Source: Fidelibacterota bacterium | GTDB taxonomy: Bacteria > Fidelibacterota > UBA2242 | Assembly: GCA_049975265.1 (NCBI GenBank) | Contig: JBNGDF010000012.1 | Coordinates: forward strand, 1,513 to 65,512 | DNA: 64,000 nucleotides | Direction of reading: 5' to 3' | Notes under the pieces: generated by a model | Database searches by the model: none | Seen by the model: the letters and a program-made list of their open reading frames with translations, nothing else | What the model was told of the DNA's origin: nothing | Shown here: piece by piece, positions 47,040-56,430 of the stretch | Numbering within the stretch: the first letter of the stretch is position 1 | Layout: every line of letters begins with the position of its first letter | Translations under genes and position numbers: made by a program

Positions 47040-47235
47040 AAATCAGCATCCCCCACGTTTTATTCTCATTGTTCCTCATAATGATGAATAAAGTTAGCAA
47101 ACAGGATCAATATTGCAATATTGATGTTGTTTAATAAGGGGATCACTTTTTGTTTTTTCTATTAAATACGGGAGGTAAACAGGGTTTAATTCACGGTAAA
47201 ATACATTTTAAAGTCGGGATAAATTAAAAAAGATG

Positions 47236-47277
47236 TTGCATTTTAAAGTGGCGAATGATATAATTGTATAGACAATT
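47236..47277 (+). promoter_or_regulatory. sigma70-like promoter TTGCAT-17-TATAAT overlapped by 16-bp inverted repeat AATTGTATAGACAATT (GntR-type operator)
   Basis: Exact 17-nt spacer. The palindrome arms AATTGT/ACAATT start inside the -10 box. A twin module lies at 50725-50766. Confidence 0.6.
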
Positions 47278-47457
47278 AATTTTAATACTCTTTTTTACAA
47301 TGCTATTTAGAAAAATGAATACTGCATTTTTGGATGGAAAGTTTTAATTTCGGTTTGTCCAAATTCCGTCCGGTCGGGTACGGAGAACAGGGCTGGTAAA
47401 AATTCCAATGTAAATCCGAAGCGCCGCTGCGATAGGGCTGATAATCAGGGAGTAAGC

Positions 47458-48255
47458 ATGAAAATCATTGTACCGATTAAACAGGTTCCGGAAACCAGCA
47501 ATGTCAGGATGGATCCGGAGACCGGAACCATGATCCGGGAGGGGGTCGAGCCGATCGTCAACCCGCTGGATCTCTATGCCATTGAGGCAGCCATTCGGCT
47601 GAAAGAGCACGCCGGGGGTGAAATCATCGCTCTCACCATGGGACCGCCCAGTGCCCGCAAAGCGCTGATGGAAGCAATTGCCATGGGTTGTGATGATGGC
47701 ATTCTGCTCAGTAACAAGAAATTTGCCGGAGCGGATACCTGGTCAACATCATATGTTTTGTCGCAGGCGATTAAAAAAATCGAAAAGTTTGACCTGATCC
47801 TCTGTGGCGAGCGCGCCACCGATGGTGATACCGGACAGGTGGGACCCGGAATCGCCGCCTGGCTGGATATACCCTTTGCAACGTATGTCAGTAGGATTCA
47901 GGAGGTCCGTAACGGCAACCTGTACTGTGAACGGATGATTGAAACGGGGTATGAAGAGTTGGAGGTACAGCTGCCCTGCCTGCTGACTGTGGTCAAGGAG
48001 GTGAATTTTCCGCGCCTGCCGACATTAAAAGGAAAATTGCGTTCGAAAGCGGCGGAGCTGGAAACCTGGGGTCCGGCAGATATTGACGCCCAACCGGATT
48101 TTCTGGGTTTAAAGGGATCGCCGACCCGGGTAGTAAAAATTACCAAGCCGCAGGTGGCACGCCGGGGCAAAATTGTTGCGCCGAAAGATGAAAAGGAGTT
48201 AATGTCAGCGGTGGACGGACTGATTGAATTTTTAAAACAGAAAGAGATTGTCTGA
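47458..48255 (+). CDS. etfB: electron transfer flavoprotein beta subunit
   Basis: MKIIVPIKQVPE..., the characteristic EtfB N-terminus. 265 aa. Confidence 0.85.
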   Translation: MKIIVPIKQVPETSNVRMDPETGTMIREGVEPIVNPLDLYAIEAAIRLKEHAGGEIIALTMGPPSARKALMEAIAMGCDDGILLSNKKFAGADTWSTSYVLSQAIKKIEKFDLILCGERATDGDTGQVGPGIAAWLDIPFATYVSRIQEVRNGNLYCERMIETGYEELEVQLPCLLTVVKEVNFPRLPTLKGKLRSKAAELETWGPADIDAQPDFLGLKGSPTRVVKITKPQVARRGKIVAPKDEKELMSAVDGLIEFLKQKEIV

Positions 48256-49292
48256 TGGATAGCAACGCAGCATATCAACATGTCTGGATTCTGGGTGAGC
48301 AGGAAAGCGGAATTATCCGGCAGGTCTCCTTTGAGCTGCTGAAGCGGGGGCGCGCTTTGGCGGATAAACGCAGGTCACAGCTGGTGGCGGTTATCCTCGG
48401 TGATCGCTTTGAAGACCGTGAGTTGGCGCGCCTGTTTCACTACGGTGCCGACCGGATTATCGTTGTGCAGCGACCGGAGCTACGCTACTTTTTGCCGGAA
48501 CCCTATACCAGGGTTCTGAAGACATTGATTAATAAATACCGCCCGGAAATTCTGATAGCCAGCGCCACGACAACCGGAAGAACAGTAGCGCCGGCGGTGG
48601 CGGTTGTCTGTCATACCGGGCTGACCGCCGACTGTACCGAGTTGGATATCGATCCGGAAACGGGTAATCTGATTCAGACCCGTCCGGCGATCGGGGGCAA
48701 TATTCTGGCGACCATCAAAACGCCGGCACACCGTCCTCAAATGGCAACGGTCCGGCCTCACTCCAACAAACCACTGGAACCGGATGAGAGTCGCCGCGGC
48801 GAAATCATCCGGGAAACGGTGGAAGCAACGAGTCTGCAAAGCCGGGTCAAGCGGCTTGGATTTCGGGAAAACAGCGAAGCCGTGGGCAATATTCAAGACG
48901 CCGAAATCATCATCGCCGGCGGGAAGGGTTTCAAGAAAGATGAAAATTTCCGCATGGTGCGGGAACTGGCGGAGCTGTTTCCCGATGGTGCGGTCGGCGC
49001 AAGCCGGGATGCAGTAGACCGTGGTTGGGTCAGCTACACGCACCAGATCGGGCTGAGCGGGAAGACCGTCAGTCCGCGCTTCTATCTGGCAGTCGGGATA
49101 TCGGGTTCAGTCCAGCATCTGGCGGGGATTAAGACGGCTGAAAATATTGCCGCCATCAATAACGATCCGGAAGCCCAGATTTTTCAGGTGGCGGACTACG
49201 GAATTGTCGCGGATTTATTTGAAGTATTACCACTGATCAAAGAGAAGCTGGCAGCCCTGAATCTGAAACAGGAAGCGGAGGTGAGTGAATGA
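48255..49292 (+). CDS. etfA: electron transfer flavoprotein alpha subunit
   Basis: FAD-binding C-terminal domain (IIAGGKGF...AVGASRDAVDRGW...QIGLSGKTVSP). The start overlaps the etfB stop. Confidence 0.85.
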   Translation: MDSNAAYQHVWILGEQESGIIRQVSFELLKRGRALADKRRSQLVAVILGDRFEDRELARLFHYGADRIIVVQRPELRYFLPEPYTRVLKTLINKYRPEILIASATTTGRTVAPAVAVVCHTGLTADCTELDIDPETGNLIQTRPAIGGNILATIKTPAHRPQMATVRPHSNKPLEPDESRRGEIIRETVEATSLQSRVKRLGFRENSEAVGNIQDAEIIIAGGKGFKKDENFRMVRELAELFPDGAVGASRDAVDRGWVSYTHQIGLSGKTVSPRFYLAVGISGSVQHLAGIKTAENIAAINNDPEAQIFQVADYGIVADLFEVLPLIKEKLAALNLKQEAEVSE

Positions 49293-50713
49293 ATCCGTCC
49301 AGTTATAAGCGTGTTGATTCCGGAATAGTGGAAATGTTAAAAAAAATTGTCGGTCCCCGTTTTGTGCTTTGGGATGAGCCGGATAAAATGGAGCCTTATT
49401 CACATGATGAGGTGGTGGACAAGCGCTACATGCAGATGCCCGAAGTGGTGGTGAAACCGCGGACTGCCCAGGAGGTGGCTCAGGTGATGCAGTTAGCCAG
49501 CCGGGAAAATATACCGGTGACGCCCCGTGGTGCCGGGAGCGGGCTTTCCGGCGGTGCTGTCCCGGTGTACGGTGGAATTTTACTATCTGTGGAGCGCATG
49601 AACAGCATTTTGGAAATTGATAAAGCCAATATGGTGGCGGTTCTTGAGCCGGGTGTGATTACCAATGACCTGAATTTACTGCTGGCGGAAGAGGGGCTCT
49701 TTTTTGCGGGCTACCCCATGAGCGTGGAGAGCTGTTTTATCGGCGGGAATGTGGCGGAAAATGCCGGGGGCGGGCGAGCGGTGAAATACGGTGTCACCGG
49801 ACGCTATATTATCGGACTGGAGGTGGTTACGCCGGAAGGTGAGATCATCCAGCTGGGCGGCAAACGGGTCAAGGATGTGGTGGGTTACGACCTGATTCAT
49901 CTGATGGTAGGCTCCGAAGGGACGCTGGGGATTTTTACCAAAATTTTTATTAAACTGTTGCCGCTGCCGTCAAAGCGGGTAGACCTGCTGGTCCTGTTTA
50001 AAGATATCGCCAGTGCGGTGGCGCTGGTGCCGAAGATCATCGCTTTCGGCAAAATCATTCCCACCGCTGTGGAATTTATGGATAAAACCGCCGTTGAACT
50101 CGCCTGCCGCTATTTAAATGAACAGCTCTATTCGCAGGACGTGGGAGCCATGCTGCTGATCGAGCTGGACGGCAACGACGAGCCCGGGCTGGAGCGGGAA
50201 TATGAAGTGATCGGTAAAATGTGCGAAGAAAACGGCGCCATTGAGGTCTATGTAGCCGATAACGCCACGACTCAGGAGCGGGTCTGGGCGGTGCGGCGCA
50301 ATGTACCGGAGGGAATCCAGACCTTTTATCCCGTTAAAAGTTCCGAGGATTTGGTGGTGCCCATTGCCAACCTGCCGGAAATATTGCCGCAGATCACTGC
50401 CATCGCAAAAAAGCACGATGTCATCATCCCCTGCTTTGGTCATGCGGGCGACGGGAACATACATACCACGATTGTTAAGAAACCGGAAATGTCAATGGAC
50501 AGGTGGCATGAAGTTCAGGAGACGGTCCGGGTGGCGCTGTATCAGATGGTGCTTGCCAAAGGGGGCACGATCAGCGGTGAGCACGGTATTGGTCACAAGC
50601 GGAAAAAATATCTTTCCATGGCACTCGATCCGGTAACAATCCGGCTGATGAAGCGAATCAAGCAGGCTTTTGATCCGGATCATATTCTGAATCCGGGGAA
50701 AATGTTTGAATAG
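49289..50713 (+). CDS. FAD-linked oxidase, GlcD/D-lactate dehydrogenase family (LctD-like)
   Basis: FAD_binding_4 fold (PRGAGSGLSGGAVP) plus a C-terminal FAD-oxidase domain. Overlaps the etfA stop by 4 nt. The order etfB-etfA-oxidase matches the LctBCD lactate dehydrogenase/ETF complex. Confidence 0.7.
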   Translation: MNPSSYKRVDSGIVEMLKKIVGPRFVLWDEPDKMEPYSHDEVVDKRYMQMPEVVVKPRTAQEVAQVMQLASRENIPVTPRGAGSGLSGGAVPVYGGILLSVERMNSILEIDKANMVAVLEPGVITNDLNLLLAEEGLFFAGYPMSVESCFIGGNVAENAGGGRAVKYGVTGRYIIGLEVVTPEGEIIQLGGKRVKDVVGYDLIHLMVGSEGTLGIFTKIFIKLLPLPSKRVDLLVLFKDIASAVALVPKIIAFGKIIPTAVEFMDKTAVELACRYLNEQLYSQDVGAMLLIELDGNDEPGLEREYEVIGKMCEENGAIEVYVADNATTQERVWAVRRNVPEGIQTFYPVKSSEDLVVPIANLPEILPQITAIAKKHDVIIPCFGHAGDGNIHTTIVKKPEMSMDRWHEVQETVRVALYQMVLAKGGTISGEHGIGHKRKKYLSMALDPVTIRLMKRIKQAFDPDHILNPGKMFE

Positions 50714-50724
50714 CGAAAAAAAAC

Positions 50725-50766
50725 TTGCAGTTTTGAAACTGTTTAAGTATAATTGTATATACAATT
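50725..50766 (+). promoter_or_regulatory. sigma70-like promoter TTGCAG-17-TATAAT overlapped by perfect 16-bp palindrome AATTGTATATACAATT
   Basis: Same architecture as the 47236 module. Immediately upstream of the regulator gene, consistent with autoregulation. Confidence 0.6.
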
Positions 50767-50788
50767 GAATCAGGAGTAAGATCCAGCC

Positions 50789-51886
50789 ATGATCATCGAT
50801 CGAAACAGCCCGGTACCGCAGTATTTTCAGTTGCAAACCTGGCTACGGGAGCAGATTGAGCAGAGGGTTTTTAAACCGGGCGATAAGATACCGACGGAAG
50901 AGGAGCTGGTCCATATCACCGGTCTGGCGCGGGCAACGATTCGTCAGGCGATCAGCAATCTGGTGAATATGGGCTATCTGACCCGCAAACGCCGTCTGGG
51001 AACTTTTGTCACCCGGCGCTCAAACAGGACCCAGCCTAAAAACATCATCGGTGTTTTGGTGCCCGACATCCGGAGCGGCTATACACCGGAATTAGCCCGG
51101 GGTGTGGAAGATGCCGCCGCCAACAATAAACTGAGTACAATTTTGTGTAACACCGATGACCTGTTTATCAAGGCGGCTTTTCATGCGGAGCGTCTGCTTG
51201 AGAGCAATATCGGCGGGGTGATCTTTGTCCCCACCGCCGCTTCCGACGAAAAGAATCTGCAGATTATTGACAAATTTCGCAAGCGGAATATCCCCGTGGT
51301 GCTGGCGGACCGCATCATTCCGAACACCGATGTGGACTATGTGACAACCGATAATTTTCACGGCGGTTACCAGCTGACCAACTATTTAATCAAAAAAGGG
51401 CACCGCAGGATCGGCATCACGCTCAGCACGCTTTTCAGCACCGAGCGGCTGCGTTATGAAGGGTACCGCAAAGCCCTGGAAGAGGCGGGAATTTCACCCG
51501 AATCCGGCTGGATCAGACTGCATGACGGACCCTTTACAGAAAAGCATTATCAGCAGGTCGCCAAAGATCTGTTGAGCCATGACCGTAAAATCAGTGCCAT
51601 GTTCGCTGGGCATGACCGGATTGCCTATGTTGTTTATTCGGTTGCCCAGAAATTAGGCATAAAAATTCCGGTGGATCTGTCGATCGTAGGCTATGATGAT
51701 TTACATTCCACCTGCTCCCATCTGATTTCCCTGACGACCATGCATCAACCGATTTATGAGATGGGGCAGGAGAGTCTCGGAATTCTGGTTTCCAGGATGA
51801 ATGGTGACAACGGGGGGCTCAAGCGACTGGAGTTAAAATCCAATTTGGTGGAACGCAACTCGGTCGTACGCTTTAAGAATTCCTGA
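50789..51886 (+). CDS. transcriptional regulator, GntR-family HTH fused to LacI/PBP1-type sugar-binding domain (AraR-like)
   Basis: N-terminal PGDKIPTEEELVHITGLARATIRQAISNL winged helix. The C-terminal 290 aa have a periplasmic-binding fold (GVLVPDIRSGYTPE..., VGYDD). Confidence 0.75.
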   Translation: MIIDRNSPVPQYFQLQTWLREQIEQRVFKPGDKIPTEEELVHITGLARATIRQAISNLVNMGYLTRKRRLGTFVTRRSNRTQPKNIIGVLVPDIRSGYTPELARGVEDAAANNKLSTILCNTDDLFIKAAFHAERLLESNIGGVIFVPTAASDEKNLQIIDKFRKRNIPVVLADRIIPNTDVDYVTTDNFHGGYQLTNYLIKKGHRRIGITLSTLFSTERLRYEGYRKALEEAGISPESGWIRLHDGPFTEKHYQQVAKDLLSHDRKISAMFAGHDRIAYVVYSVAQKLGIKIPVDLSIVGYDDLHSTCSHLISLTTMHQPIYEMGQESLGILVSRMNGDNGGLKRLELKSNLVERNSVVRFKNS

Positions 51887-51916
51887 ATCCTAAAAAAAGT
51901 GAAAAGACATTAGTAA

Positions 51917-52930
51917 ATGAAAAAAATGATCAACATCGGATTGATTGGCACCGGACGGTTGGGGAGTATGTATGCCGAATTTCTGGTTCAGCATGTCCCG
52001 CAGGCAAATCTAATTGCGGTGGCGGATTTGATTCCGGAGCGTGCACAAAAGATAGCGGAACAGTACGATATTCCGAAATGGTACGACAGTCATCAAGGGG
52101 TCAATCGCGATCCGCAGGTAGATGCGGTGGTGATTACGGCGACCACCGGCAACCACAAGGAGATTGTCATTGATGCCGCCCGGGAAGGCAAACCGGTTTT
52201 CTGTGAAAAGCCGATGACGCTGAATCTTGACGATGCCCGGGAGATGAAGCGGGCGGTTATAACGGCGGGTGTTTTTTATCAGCAGGGTTATATGCGCCGG
52301 TTTGATAAGGGATTTTCGGCGGTAAAGCGGAAAATCGAAGAGGGTGTCATCGGAACGCCGGTGGTGTTTCGCGGATCATCCCGGGACCCCTTTCTGCCGG
52401 AGTTAGATTATCTTTTACCTGAGAACAGCGGGGGTCAGATTCTGGATATGGCGATTCATGATTTCGATATTGCCCGCTGGTATATGGGTGATATTCGGTC
52501 GGTCTATACGATTGGCGGCGTGCTGGCATTTCCCGAAGTCAAGTCTACCGGTGATACCGATAATGTGGTCATGGCATTTACTTTTCAGTCGGGCGCACTG
52601 GGCGAAGTTGATATCAGTCGCAACGGCGTCTATGGCTATGATATCCGGGCGGAAGTACTGGGAACCAAAGGGACCCTAAAGGCGGGTTATCTGCGAGATA
52701 CGCCTATTCTGGTAATGAACAAAGAGGGCGTAACCCACGACGTCGTACCCTATTTCCCGGAACGCTTTTGTGAAGCCTATGTCGCCCAATTGAATAACTA
52801 TCTGAATAATCTTCGTAATGCAACCGACCCGCTGATCACCATTGACGACGGCATCAGTGGTTTGCAGGTCGCTGTCGCTGCGACAGACTCCCTGAAAAAG
52901 GAAACCGCCGTTAACGTTGCCGATTATTAG
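51917..52930 (+). CDS. Gfo/Idh/MocA-family oxidoreductase (inositol 2-dehydrogenase-like)
   Basis: N-terminal Rossmann IGLIGTGRLG and an EKP motif (FCEKPM). Confidence 0.7.
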   Translation: MKKMINIGLIGTGRLGSMYAEFLVQHVPQANLIAVADLIPERAQKIAEQYDIPKWYDSHQGVNRDPQVDAVVITATTGNHKEIVIDAAREGKPVFCEKPMTLNLDDAREMKRAVITAGVFYQQGYMRRFDKGFSAVKRKIEEGVIGTPVVFRGSSRDPFLPELDYLLPENSGGQILDMAIHDFDIARWYMGDIRSVYTIGGVLAFPEVKSTGDTDNVVMAFTFQSGALGEVDISRNGVYGYDIRAEVLGTKGTLKAGYLRDTPILVMNKEGVTHDVVPYFPERFCEAYVAQLNNYLNNLRNATDPLITIDDGISGLQVAVAATDSLKKETAVNVADY

Positions 52931-52997
52931 AATTTTTTTTGAATATTATTGTCTATTCAATTATATGAATGTATCAATTAAAAAGAAAGGAAGATAG

Positions 52998-54185
52998 ATG
53001 AGAACCGTGACTCTTTTTGCCGACTGGGACCCTAAACCGGAGTTCAAGCTGGGTAGTAAGGATATCGAGGGTAAATTAACCTATCTTGGGAGCAAAGTCT
53101 GGCGGCATCCCCACGTGGAGATTGTGGAGAAAGAGATTCCGAAACCGGGTCCTTCGCAAGTGCTGATTGAAGTCCGGGCTTGCGGGATTTGTGGGAGCGA
53201 CGTGCATATGCTGCAGACGTCGTCGGACGGCTACATTTTTTATCCGGGACTGACTGCTTTTCCGGCGACGCTGGGGCATGAGTTTTCCGGAAAGGTGATT
53301 CAGGCGGGACCCCAAGCGATCAACAAGCGAACCGGTCTGCCCTACGAGGTGGGCGAGGCGGTCTGTTCTGAGGAGATGATGTGGTGTTCCTACTGTCGTC
53401 CCTGCGCCGACGGATTTCCCAATCATTGTGAGCATTTGCAGGAGATCGGTTTTTCCTGCGATGGTGCCTATGCCAAATACATCGCCGTGGATGCCCGCTA
53501 TCTCTGGAGCATTGAAGATTTACGACCAATTTACGGTGAGGAAAAAATGTATGAGCTGGGCAGCCTGGTGGAGCCGACGTCGGTGGCGTATAATGCGGTC
53601 ATCGAACGGGGCGGCGGCATTCGACCAGGCGATAATGTGGTGATCATGGGCAGCGGTCCGGTGGGCATCGCTGCCTGTGCTGTTCTAAGTCGAGCCGGTG
53701 CGGCGAGAGTGATCATTTCAGAACCCTCCCAATCCCGGCGGGATATGGCGATTGCCATGGGTGCCACACACGGCATTGATCCGACCAGAGTGAATGCCGC
53801 CGATGCTATCCTAAATATTACCAATGGTGAGGGCGCCAAGCTGATTCTCGAAGCCACCGGTCTGCCCAGCGTGGTCTGGCCGGATGTGGAGAAGATTATC
53901 TGGGAAGGCAAAACTCTGAACACGACGGTGGTCATCGTAGCCCGGGCGGACGATAAAATTCCTATGAACGGTGAAGTGTTCCAGGTCCGCCGGGCAAGTG
54001 TGGTTGGCGCCCAGGGGCATTCGGGACACGGAACCTTTCCACGGGTGATCAGCTCCATGGCAAGTGGCATGGACGTATCGGGATTGATCACCAAGCGCAT
54101 CAAGCTGGAAGAGGTACCGGAAAATCTGGTGCTGTTGCAAACCAATCGGGAAGAGGTGAAAATTACCGTTTTCCCTGAAGAGTAA
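52998..54185 (+). CDS. zinc-dependent alcohol/polyol dehydrogenase (MDR family)
   Basis: CGICGSDVHM, GHEFSG, and Rossmann GSGPVG. Confidence 0.75.
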   Translation: MRTVTLFADWDPKPEFKLGSKDIEGKLTYLGSKVWRHPHVEIVEKEIPKPGPSQVLIEVRACGICGSDVHMLQTSSDGYIFYPGLTAFPATLGHEFSGKVIQAGPQAINKRTGLPYEVGEAVCSEEMMWCSYCRPCADGFPNHCEHLQEIGFSCDGAYAKYIAVDARYLWSIEDLRPIYGEEKMYELGSLVEPTSVAYNAVIERGGGIRPGDNVVIMGSGPVGIAACAVLSRAGAARVIISEPSQSRRDMAIAMGATHGIDPTRVNAADAILNITNGEGAKLILEATGLPSVVWPDVEKIIWEGKTLNTTVVIVARADDKIPMNGEVFQVRRASVVGAQGHSGHGTFPRVISSMASGMDVSGLITKRIKLEEVPENLVLLQTNREEVKITVFPEE

Positions 54186-54218
54186 GATTCAACAAATAAA
54201 AAAAAGAGAGGTAACGAT

Positions 54219-55313
54219 ATGGAAGGCTGGCTGAAAACAGATCGAACCGACCTGAGTTTTGAGGACACGTCGGTCGGACGGCTGAAGAAGAAAATCTGGG
54301 AAGCTTCGGAAGATGAAATTTCCGAAATTCTGGAAAACTACGGAATTCCAACACCCTCGGAACTGGCGAAACCGGGTACCTATGTGCAGACAACCATTCG
54401 ACAGAAAGTGGTGGAAAACCGCAAGAAAAATGATATTGTCTTTGTGCCTATTGGCTGTACCGAGCTGCATGGTCGGCACACGGTCACTGCTTTGGACTCA
54501 TTTATGGTGACCCAGATTCTGGAGGGTGTCCGCCGGGATTCGGTGAAAAAGGGCACGCCGGTGAATCTGGTCTGGAATCCGCTGAATTATGGCGGTCATC
54601 CCCATCACCATATCGGCATGCCGGGCACGATTCACATTGAGGATGAAGTGCTGAAACGGGTGCTGATTGACGTCATGGTTGGTCTCTGGAATGACGGATT
54701 CCGTAAAATCATTCTGGTAAACAATCATGGTCACTCCTGGCTTCTGGAGGCGGCGATTCAGGAATTGCAGAAAACCTGGAATCTGCCGGGCATTTTCCGC
54801 ACGATTGACTGGCATCGCGCCGTACGGGAGTTTTTCCGCACCAGAGATAGGGGCGGCGATTGGGAGGATAATTTTTTCCATGCCGATGAAGCCGAAACCT
54901 CGGTAATGCTGCTGTTGGCGCCGGAATATGTCGAAATGGCGCTGGCGGAAGAGACCAGGGTAGAGGGCTATCTGCCCGATGGTCACATGGATAAAGCGGT
55001 AGATCCCTTTGCTAGACCCTGCCGCTGGTCGGAGGGACAGGGGCACGGCCCGATGGAGATCAATTCGATTCCCGAAGGGGTGGTAGGTCGTCCCACGATC
55101 GCCGAAGCCAGAAAAGCCCGGCGCACCATCGCTGCAATTTTGTCCTATCTGACCCTGTTATGGGAAGAGATTCTGGAAGCCTATCCCGCCGGCACATTTC
55201 CGCCGATTGAAAAGACCACCATGCGAACGGAAAAGGAGATGGAACCGTACCTGAAGGAGCCTTTTACTGAGGGTTGGCGTCCAATCTATGCCATTCGCAA
55301 GATGGGATTGTAA
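54219..55313 (+). CDS. creatininase-family amidohydrolase
   Basis: PIGCTELHGRH, LVNNHGHSW and HADEAETSVML match the three metal-binding blocks of PF02633. Confidence 0.65.
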   Translation: MEGWLKTDRTDLSFEDTSVGRLKKKIWEASEDEISEILENYGIPTPSELAKPGTYVQTTIRQKVVENRKKNDIVFVPIGCTELHGRHTVTALDSFMVTQILEGVRRDSVKKGTPVNLVWNPLNYGGHPHHHIGMPGTIHIEDEVLKRVLIDVMVGLWNDGFRKIILVNNHGHSWLLEAAIQELQKTWNLPGIFRTIDWHRAVREFFRTRDRGGDWEDNFFHADEAETSVMLLLAPEYVEMALAEETRVEGYLPDGHMDKAVDPFARPCRWSEGQGHGPMEINSIPEGVVGRPTIAEARKARRTIAAILSYLTLLWEEILEAYPAGTFPPIEKTTMRTEKEMEPYLKEPFTEGWRPIYAIRKMGL

Positions 55314-55393
55314 AAAATGAGAATGAATATCTGAAATAATCTGCCTGTGCCACAGATTGTGGTACGGGGCGGATTTAAATCGAAAGAAATCTC

Positions 55394-56386
55394 ATGAAGA
55401 GACAAAACATTCAATATTTATTGCTCAGTGCATTGATTCTGGCGCTTGCCATCGGTTGTCAACCCGAAATACCCGGAACAGGCGAAGATGTTATTCCCCA
55501 ACACGCCCAGTCTCTGGCGGAGCTGGAGGAGCCTTTTACATTTTTGATTGCCGGGGATCTGGGTCGCAACGGATATTATTATCAGAAGCCCGTGGCGGAA
55601 ATGATGGGGGCGGTTGTCGCCATCGTGGATGCGGAGTTTGTCGCAGCTGTGGGCGATGTCCACCATTTTCTGGGTGTCCGGTCGATTCATGATCCGCTCT
55701 GGGAGACCAACTTCGAGTGGATTTACAAACATCCCGAATTGATGACACACTGGTACCCGGTATTGGGCAATCACGAATATGAGGGCAATACCCAGGCTGT
55801 TATCGACTATTCCGGAATTAGCCGCCGCTAGGAAATGTCTGCCCGTTATTATGAAAAGACGTGGCAGGTAGCCGGTAATACCGAAGTTCTGCTGCTTTTT
55901 ATCGATACGGTGCCGCTAATTGACAAATATCGTAATAATCCGGAGGAGTACCGCGATGCCTGTACACAGTCCATGGAGCGGCAGCTGACCTGGATCGATT
56001 CCACTCTTGGCGCCTCCGGAGCCAAATGGAAAATCGTGCTGGGGCATCACCCCATTTATGCCGGTACATATAAAGATGATATTGAACGAACCGATTTGCA
56101 GAAACGCCTTCAGCCACTGCTTGACAAACATCATGTGGATTTTGTGGTTAGTGGGCATATTCACAATTTTCAGCATATCCGGGTGAAAGGCTCCGACATT
56201 GATTATTTGATCAACACTTCAGGTTCGCAGGCTCGTGAAGCTGATGAAAGACACCGGACGGAAGGACAACTGTTTACAAGTTCGGATTCCGGCTTCTCCC
56301 TTTGTACGGTGAAAGAGGATGAGTTGATTATTACCTTTGTTAATAAAAAAGGGGAAATCATCTATCAGTATGCCCGAAGCAAATAA
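55394..56386 (+). pseudogene. purple-acid-phosphatase (ACP5-type) metallophosphoesterase interrupted by in-frame TAG at 55829-55831
   Basis: ORFs 55394-55831 and 55835-56386 are in the same frame and together match ACP5 end to end (GDLG..., GDVHH, GNHEY / GHHPIY, GHIHNF). The TAG falls where ACP5 has a conserved Trp (ISKRW vs ISRR*), consistent with TGG to TAG. Confidence 0.6.
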
Positions 56387-56430
56387 TCCACGGAATGGTT
56401 TTTCCGGTTCCGGTAATTAGGAATGGAACA

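Noticed and set aside
53531-54268. 245-aa minus-strand ORF overlapping the Zn-dependent dehydrogenase
   Set aside because: Antisense shadow ORF rich in Ser/Thr/Arg. The sense ORF has canonical MDR motifs.
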